Source: Cycas panzhihuaensis
Taxonomy: Eukaryota; Plantae; Cycadophyta
Assembly (NCBI GenBank): GCA_023213395.1
Contig: CM041465.1
Span: 39,067,741 to 39,131,740 of the forward strand
Direction of reading: 5' to 3'
Length of the DNA: 64,000 bases
Shown: positions 55,497 through 64,000 of the stretch, piece after piece
Layout: the number at the start of each line of letters is the position of its first letter
How positions within the stretch are numbered: the first letter of the stretch is position 1
Translations under genes and position numbers: made by a program
The notes under the pieces: generated by a model
The model's input: the letters and a program-made list of their open reading frames with translations, nothing else
Told to the model about the DNA's origin: nothing
Database searches by the model: none

Positions 55497-58400
55497 AAAT
55501 TAGGAAGAATATGATAGTCCAGGAGTTATAGTATTAAAAATATCAATATCAGATCCTCTCCTTATATATGTAGAGAAATTGACCTCTACCTCTAATATTT
55601 GGAATTATTTCAAAAAGTTGTATGGACAAAAGAATAAGGCTAGAATAGTTGCCTTGAAAGAGGAATTATTTAAGTTTCACATGAAAGAGATAGAAATAGT
55701 AATAGAGTTCATCCGAAAAGTTATTTCCTTAATAAATGACCTCTTTAGTGCTAGTGTAGCCATTACAAAGTAGGAAATAATAGAGATGATAGCTAGCAAA
55801 TTACCCAAATCATTTGATATAACCATAAACATAATAACCAACAATGATTAGATTACAATAATGACCCTAGGTACCTTAAATAGGTTGTTACTAAGATAAG
55901 AACAAAGAAATAAAAGATATGAAGATTATGAAGAGATAGAAGATGCATTCATATCTACATTGAACTTAGGGCCAAGAGGATAAAGCAGAGGAAGAGGATG
56001 GACTTAGAAGTAAGGACTCCTTCATGAGGCAAGTGGTAAGATAGTAGAGGTCAAGGGCATACCACGACTCTAAGAGTATGCTACAATTGTGATAAGACTG
56101 GTTATTTTGCAAGTTCTTATAAAGCTCTTGATCTCTGTTATCACTGTGGATAGCTAAGATACTATCCATACCAGTGTCTACAAAGGAGTGTAGATATCTA
56201 GAGAGGGAAACATCTAGTGAAAAATTACAACAAGAAGCAAATAATTAGGGATGAAGAAGAAGAGAGTGTTATCATTGTTGCTCTCATTATAGGCCTAAAG
56301 GATAGAAACATATGGTATATTAATTTAGGAGCATCATGGTATATAACTAGTAGAGATGACCAATTTAAGACACTCCAACCATACACATCAGATAAATTAA
56401 TGGAGCTAGGAGATAAATACCCCCTAAATATAAATGGAGTAGGAACAATAGTTGTTAAGTTGCAAGGTAACATCAAAAATATTGGAAATATACTTTTAGT
56501 CCCTGGCCTCAAAATGAATCTCCTTTCTATATCTCAACTTAGTAAGAAAAAGAAAAGGACTATTTTTGATAAAGAAGGATTCTGTTACATCTTGGACATG
56601 AAGAATTATGACAATGTAATCGCAAAGGGAGTAGTAAGTAATAACCTATATAAGCTACTTTCCTACTACGAACTCTCTGATGTAAAAGCATGTACAATTG
56701 TGAATCATAATGAGAATGATCAACTGTGGCACTTGAAGTATGGACACCTCCCTATAGAAAAATTAAAAGGAAGGGTTAGTCAATGGACTTCCTTCCATTA
56801 CATCACATAACTTTATTTGTAAAAGCTATCAATTAGGAAAGCAACATAGGTTGCCTTTCAAAGAAAGCAAATGGTAAGCTCAAAAGAAATTAGAGTTAAG
56901 TCATATGCACATATGTGGACCTCTCACTCCACATTCAATCAATGGTTGTAGATACATTTTTATGTTTATTGATGATTTGGCTAGAAAAATATGTATTTAC
57001 TTTCTCCAAAATAAATTAGAAGTGTTTGACATGTTTAAAGAATTTAAAGCTAAAGTAGAACTAGAATCATGAGAGAAGATAAAATGTATAAGATCTGATG
57101 GTGGAGGTGAATATATCTCAAAGGAGTTCTTGAACTATTGCAAAGAAAATTGAATTTATAGATAATTTACAACCCCATATACTCCTCAATCTAATGGGGT
57201 TATAGAAAGAAAAAAATAGAGCCATTATGAAAACGACACATTACATGGTTTGTGGGAAAAATGTCCCTAAATCCTATTTTGCTAAAGCAGTAAACATAGC
57301 CTATTATCTATTGTATCAAATTACAATAAAGGCACAAGTTATTCTTACCCTAGAAGAAGCTTGGACAGAGAGAAAACTAGATGTAAGTCATATGAAGGTA
57401 TTTAGATGCCAAGCATTTGTTCATTTCCCTAATAAGAAAAGAATGAAGTTTGACTATAAGAGTCTAGAATGTATCATGATTGGTTACAACAAGAATGCAA
57501 AATCCTATAAATCTATAGATCCAAAAACTAATAAGAGATGTCATATTCAATGAAGAAGATGTAGAAGAAGATAAAAATCAAATCAAGATAATTGATGATG
57601 TACCTCAAGTTATCTCTCAAGAAATTCCTATTGAGGAAGCACTTAGCCAAACTTTAGATGACATTTCAAAAGAACCAGTCTCACCATAGACATCACATGA
57701 AGGCTTACCATTAGAAGAGGAAGAACTATTACCAGAAGAAATAAGAACAAAAGAAGGAGAAAAAGGTACCTTAAAACTATTGAGGAAGGAAAAGAAGATA
57801 TACTTCCTCATATGACAAGAAGCCAAAGACATATAGCATTGTACAGTAACATAGAACCCCAATTATTTATAGAGGCAAAGGACTAGATCAAATGAAGAAC
57901 AATCGTAGATGCTAAAATAGATTCTATCATAAAAGATCAAACTTAGGAATTGGTTGAATTACCACCGAACAAACTAGTGGCTAACTACAAATGGATCTAT
58001 AAAGTAAAAGAAGGATCCAATGGAAAGATTAAAAAATACAAAGCAAAACTTATTACAAAGGGTTACAATCAAATAATTAGGGTAGACTATGAAGATATAT
58101 TTTCACTTATAGCTAAATTAAATACAGTAAAAATAATAACAACATTGGCATCTTAGAAAAATTGAAAAATATACCAACTAGATGTCAAAAGTGTCTTTCT
58201 AAAGGGTTAAATAGAAGAAGAGGTCTACATGAAGCAACCAGATGGAGATATTAAAAAAAGGTAAGAACACTTAGTTTGTAGGTTGAAAAAGACATTGTAT
58301 GGACTAAAATAGGCTTCCCATGTATTGTATGCAAAGTTAGACAACTATATTCCATAGGTGCAACTTAAATTCAAGCTTGTATGTAAAGAATAGAAATGGG

Positions 58401-59363
58401 ATGATCACCATAATTGTAGTATATGCAGATGATATGATTCTTACTGGGGATGATGAAGAATTAATCTTAAACATAAAATGTCAACTAGAAAGTAAATTTA
58501 AAATGATTGATCTAAGCTTCCAAATCTACTATCTAAGGATAGAAGTTGACCTAAAGGAGGACTCAATTACTCTATCTCAAAGTAAGTACATCAAAGACTT
58601 GCTAATAAAATTTTAATTGGAGGATTGTAATCCATATGCCACCCCCATGGAAGTGAATTATAACTTGGTCTTTGATAAGGAAGAGCCTCATGCTGATGCC
58701 ACTATATATAGATAACTTATTAGGAGTTTGATTTATCTCACTACTACCAAACCTGATATTTCATACTTTATAAATCTAATATCAAGATACATGTAGGGGC
58801 CAAAAATAAAACATTAGAGAATAATAAAAGGAATATTAAGATACTTAAGGGGAATGATCGAATTGAAGCTAGTATATACAAAAGAAAAATCACTTCAGTT
58901 AATAGGATTCTATGACTCAAATTAGATAGGAGACAAAAAGCAAAGAAAATCTACAAGTGGATATTATTTCTTTTTAGGCACTACATCAATTTCTTAGAGT
59001 AATAAAATGTAAACAATAGTAGCTTTATCATCAATATAAGCTAAGTATAAATTAGTTTTCAATACAACCATTAAAGAAATTTGGCTAAGACAGCTTTTGA
59101 TAGATCTGAATCAACATCAACAGGGGCTACCAATGGTGAATTATGATAATCAAGGTGTAATCAAATTAATCAGGAATCTAGTTATTCACGCTTAAATAAA
59201 GCACATTAAAGTTCACCATCATTTCATTTAAGAGAAAGTTCAAAGGAATGGGACTGATCTGACCTATTTCCCAATAGGATAATAACTAGCAGATATATTG
59301 ACAAAACCAATTGAAAAAGATAAATTTCAAATCTTTAGAGATAAGATAGGATTAAAAGGATAA
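55497..59363 (+). pseudogene. Copia X gag-pol remnant (main part)
   Basis: ORF pieces 55579-55773, 56217-56810, 57227-57553, 57950-58156 and 58377-58616 carry copia gag, PR, INT and RT motifs. Confidence 0.92.
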
Positions 59364-61984
59364 AATATTAAGAGAGGATGTTAGAATGTAATGTTTTATC
59401 TTAGGGGTATAAAGGGGTAATGCAATAGACCCCTCAAGGATATAAGTTATAAATTTATGTTAGACACATGTTAAACAAGTGTCACTATTTCATGTTTCAG
59501 TTATAGTTAGTTTCTTGGGGGTTATGATCTATAATTATATATATTCAGGAGTTTATTCCTCCATAATTAATCAAATATTTTCTTCTATTTCTATGTAGTT
59601 TCCTAATTTGATGGTGGTAGTTGTGAGAATATGTTATCCAATGAAATGGAAAAAAAGTTGGGATTATATTATAAAGCACACCCACATACATACCATATTT
59701 CTTAATTTTAAAAGGGAAATAAGCTAACTATTGACATGAGATGCTTGGTTACATTTAACATTAGAGAATCATATTAGGATGAGATAGGGTATGATGTGAT
59801 CCTAATGGATGTATACTATCTATTATTAGGGTGACCAGGGTAATTCAATAAGAATACCCTTCATGATAGAAAGAATAATACCTACACATTCTAGAAGGAT
59901 AGTGTAAAGGTGAAGTTACCACTTAAGGAAGAAGGGCATGTAGAAAGTATACTAGTTACTAAAGAATCTATGAAACACATACAAGAGGCTAGCACTTGTT
60001 ATGCCTTGATGGTAAGATAGGGAGACAAGGAAAACATAAAGATACTGAGTAGAGCAGTAGGGTTATTGTAGGGCTATAATGACATCATACCACATGAGTT
60101 ATCTAATGGCTTGCCACCCATGAGAGATATTCAACACCAAATCAACTTAATCCTAGGATTAAGTTTACTAAACTAGGTAGCCTATTAGTTAAGACCAATG
60201 GAGAATGAGGAGTTAAATTGATAAATTAGTGAATTGGTGGAAAAAGTAATGGTAAGAAAAATATTGAGTCCTTATGTAGTACTAGCATTGGTGAATCCAA
60301 AGAAAGATGGCTCGTGGCAAACATGTGTTGATTTTAGAGTGATCAATAAGATAACAATCAAATGCTAATTCTCTATACCTCATATGGATGATATTCTAGA
60401 TGTGTTAGTAGGTGATTCTTACTTTATAAAGATCAACCTAAAGAGTGAGTACCATCAGATCCAAATTTGTGAAGGGAACAAGTGGAAAACAACCTCCAAG
60501 ATGAGGGACAAATTATATGAACAGTTAGTCATGCCATTTGGGATGTAAAATACCCTAAGTATATTCATGAGATTGATGAACACTATGTTATAATCATTCA
60601 TTCGTAAGTTTGTAGTTATATATTTTAATAAGGAGGAGCACTTAATGAATTTAAGGATGGTGTTTGAAGTGTTAAAGAGAGAGAAGTTATATATAAATAT
60701 GAAGAAGTGCAGGTTTATAAATAAGAGCCTAGTATTTCTTAACTTTATAATTTTGCAAGATGGATTGCAAATAGATGAGGAGAAGATTAGGTTGAATTAT
60801 TAAGTGGTCCATACCTAGGACTATGATAGAGGTAAGAAGTTTTCATAGTTTGTCTTAGTTTTATAGAAAATACATTAGGAACTTTAGTGGAATTATTACA
60901 CCCTTAATAGATTTCATGAAGCATAAGGAGCTAACATAGACCAAGGAAGTAGATAATAGATTATAACTCTTAAAGTAAAAGGTAATTAAAGCACTTATGC
61001 TTGTATTACTTGATTTAAAAAAAGTGTTTTAAGGTTGATTATGATGCTTCATATATACTAGTTGCAGAAGTGCTCAATCAAGAAGGAAAACCTATAGCAT
61101 TTTATAGTGAAAAAAATAATGAGGTAAGAAAAAGGTATTCAACCTATGACTTAAATTTTTATATGATTTTTTAAACTTTAAAGCATTAGAGGCATTGATT
61201 CATACTTAAGGAATTTGTCTTATTTATTGATCACCAAGCCTTGAGATATGTATCCAAAGGAAATTAAATACTAGGCATGTTAAGTGGGCATTCTATTTGT
61301 AAAGTTTTATATTTATTTTGAGGCATAAACCAGGGAAATATATCTATGTTGTTGACACATTAAGTAGGTGAGTGACATTGTTAATCACCATGGCAAATGA
61401 GGTGGTAGGATTTGAAGACATTAAGGATTTGCATGACTCAAGCCCTGATTTTGAAATAATTATTAAGCACTATAAGAATCTTCTAACTGAGGGATGTGGC
61501 TCTTTATATGATTATTACTTTATATAAGATAGCTACCTATTTAAGGAAGTATAATTATACATCCCAATAGGCTCTATGAGGGAGAACATCATACAAGAGT
61601 TGTATAGTGGAAGTCTACAAGGGTATTTTTGTCGAAATAAGACAATAACTTTAGTAGAGGAGAAGTATTTTTGGCCTTGAATGAAGAGTGATGTAATAAG
61701 ATTTGTGGCATATTATAGGATATGCCAGATAGCCAAGAGGCATATAGAAAATTCTATCCTATATATGCCCTTATCAATACCTGAAGGACCATGGGCAGAC
61801 TTGAGCATGGGCTTCATGTTAGAATTATAATATTCACAAAGAGGTAATGATTCAATTTTTGTTATTATTGATCATTTAAAAAAAATGATTCATTTTATTA
61901 TATATAATAAGATAAATGATGCAATTAGAATAAAAAATATATTCTTTGAAGAGGTTACAAGGCTACATGGTATTTTGAAGACTA

Positions 61985-63680
61985 TGATATGATTCCTTTC
62001 AGAAATTCTCTTACACCTGATCAGAAAATTAAAATGTAGAGAATAAATAGAGCATAAATGGGCACAAAAATAGGCACCAAAAGTTTGCACTAAATAGGCA
62101 ACAATAATTTCTTATTAAAAAAAATATCTTTACATCCATAAAATGTTAAATAAGTAAAATGGTCATTTAATCCATAAATCTTATTAGAGAGGCATTCAAC
62201 CTTTATTTTCATTGGTGGCCCCAAGTAACCCATGCATACCTTTTAATAAGTAACCCATGCTAACCACTAGTAGTTATATAATAAGTCCCCTCCCTTGAGA
62301 TGTCGAGTTCCCATAATGTAATAGATGTGGGTGTTACTTGATGAATCCATATGGGTCCCATGTTACTTCCTCTGGTCCACTACTGATCCATTACACTAAG
62401 TATTTAGAAATGGTTTTTTATCCAGAGACGATAGTGTTTGGTTTCTAAGATATGGTCTATAGGAACAATTAGGAGTTATTCTTCGGTGAGGATTATGAGA
62501 GTGGTCTATAGGACAATGGGCTTACTAAGAAGATTTTTAAAGCATAAGACATGGAAGATGTTATGTATCTTGGTATTAGAAGGGAGTTCAAAGGCATATC
62601 TAACTTCCCCAATGTGTTGGCTAATCTTATAAGGACCATAGTATCAAGGACTAAGTTTATGGTTTATGTTATGATGAAAGTTACTATTGCTTATAGGATT
62701 GGAGGTGAATAAAGACCATATCACCAATGGAAAATGTTCGATCAGAGTGATGGCAATTGGTAAGTTACTTTATGTGATTTTGAGCCATGGCCAGATTTTA
62801 TTTGAGTGTGTTTAGGATTTGGTCCATGTCTTACAATTTCTATTATACCAAGGCTATATGCAGGTTAGTGGCTAATGTATAGTGGGACAATAGAGGATAA
62901 CCACAAAGGGCCATGAATATGACATACCAATTACAGAGTGGTAGGAAAAGTTATACTAATATTTTACTAAAGCTAGCTAGGAGGTCTATCATTTTTTGTA
63001 TTCAGATGTAAAATAATAGAGATATATCTCTAAGGTTTGATTGAGGACCTCTGATTGGCCATCTGTCTTGGGGTGGTATGAGAAACTCATGTGAAGGAGG
63101 TGCTAACTATACAAAAGAGTTCTTACCAAAAGGAAGATATGAATTTGGGATCCCAATCAAAGACTATGGTTGATGGAAAACTATGGAGGTAGAAAATGAA
63201 TTAGATGTAGAGGTCATCTAGGTGAGGGCTTGGTAGGATATGTGAACTAGTAGAAAGTGTGCATATTTTTTTAGTCAATTAATGATTACCCAAATGGATT
63301 CTTTTTTGGTTAAGGGTGAAAGACCTGTGATGAAGTCTATGGAAATATCTTACCATTTACCTTATGGGATTTAAAGGGGTTAGAGGAGCCTAGACTAAGC
63401 CTTCGTGTTTGCCTTATTGCATTAGCATATGTCACATTCTACTATGAAGGTCATTATAGAAGATTTCACTTAAGCTAGTAGAAGTTAGAGTAGATATGAT
63501 GATAGGTTTTATCAAAACCTAAGTGAACTCTTAAGGAGGTGGTGTGGTGCTCGATCAAGATATGAGGAATAAAGGGGGAGGATTGATGGACAAAGATTCT
63601 ATTTTTGTAGAGAAGGTAGGTGGTGTGCAAGGTCCAATCCTTCTGAGTGAGAATTTTTAAGGACCACTTACCAAACTTAG
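61985..63680 (-). mobile_element. 3' end of another chromodomain-type gypsy: 3' LTR (~61985-62281), PPT, chromodomain and integrase
   Basis: LTR tgatatga...ttatataa (decayed inverted termini), PPT tcccctccctt from 62286, DGQSEVLNQTLEIYL, Zn finger ILIEHHTT...HLGFDKTY (ORF 63475-63714). Confidence 0.8.
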
Positions 63681-64000
63681 TGTTTCCCGCTAGCTGGGAA
63701 TGGACTCGAGACACATCGACTCAGGTGAGCTTAGGTATATGTTCTTGCTCCCTTCTTCACCCCTGTTTGACTGAGGTTGCTTAGTATGGATTGCCTAACG
63801 CATGCTTGCCTGCCATTTGTATGATTGCATTGCCTCCTTGCTTGATCACACTGTATGTGCCTGTCGCACGCCACTCAGCCTATGACGACCCACAGTGGGG
63901 CCATTCTTCAACGAATGCTACATCCCATATGGCACATAGCCACCCATGTCATCTCCACGGCCCCTCGGGACACCTTAGCCAGTCGCGTTTCGCCTTTGAC
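63681..64000. mobile_element. Probable terminus of a younger LTR element running off the window
   Basis: Abrupt switch at tgtttcccgc from eroded pol to GC-richer, CpG-retaining sequence starting with TG. Partner LTR and TSD are not visible. Confidence 0.5.

Larger units (their letters stand above)
42449..59608 (+). mobile_element. Copia X (LTRs 42449-42675 and 59379-59608) hosting copias Y and Z
   Basis: TSD tgata/tgatg. PBS tggtatc|agagc split by Y. gag start near 48287 resumes at 55497. WYINLGAS, LWHLKYGHL, IRSDGGGEY, YADDMI; PPT aagagagga. Confidence 0.93.
41253..61984 (+). mobile_element. CRM-like Ty3/gypsy gag-pol remnant (41253-42448 plus 59609-61984) split by nested copia X
   Basis: GVKIDIPDYQG..ELIDWLNAIEKFFEY; protease FIID|GGSCENM rejoined across the insertion; GLPPMRDIQHQINLI, KKDGSWQTCVDFRVINKIT; integrase region PWADLSMGFM. 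Confidence 0.88.

Overview
This is gene-free, AT-rich plant nuclear DNA made almost entirely of nested, decayed retrotransposons. I found no host protein-coding gene, tRNA or CRISPR array. From left to right: (1) a Tat/Ogre-like Ty3/gypsy copy (-) split in two (1-2209 and 19942-23127) by a 17.7-kb block. That block holds a copia remnant and a chromodomain gypsy, which itself carries a young full-length L1 LINE (17-bp TSD) and a small-LTR element containing a copia 5' end, an older 5'-truncated LINE and a mosaic of plastid fragments including 23S rRNA. (2) A 5.27-kb (TA)n-based microsatellite. (3) A second Tat/Ogre-like copy (-) whose RT stops at the microsatellite and whose LTR holds a Tork/Tnt1-like copia. 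(4) A CRM-like gypsy interrupted at its protease motif by a copia that hosts two more copias, one of them inside its PBS. (5) A further chromodomain gypsy 3' end and a probable young LTR at the right edge. Old elements show heavy C>T/G>A erosion. I cannot support a new protein-coding system. The best candidates for undescribed biology are the 17.7-kb block with non-TE ends, the plastid mosaic next to a PBS, and a copia leader with a variable cassette plus a putative 5'-UTR intron. All alignments were done by eye and family names rest on remembered motifs, not database searches.
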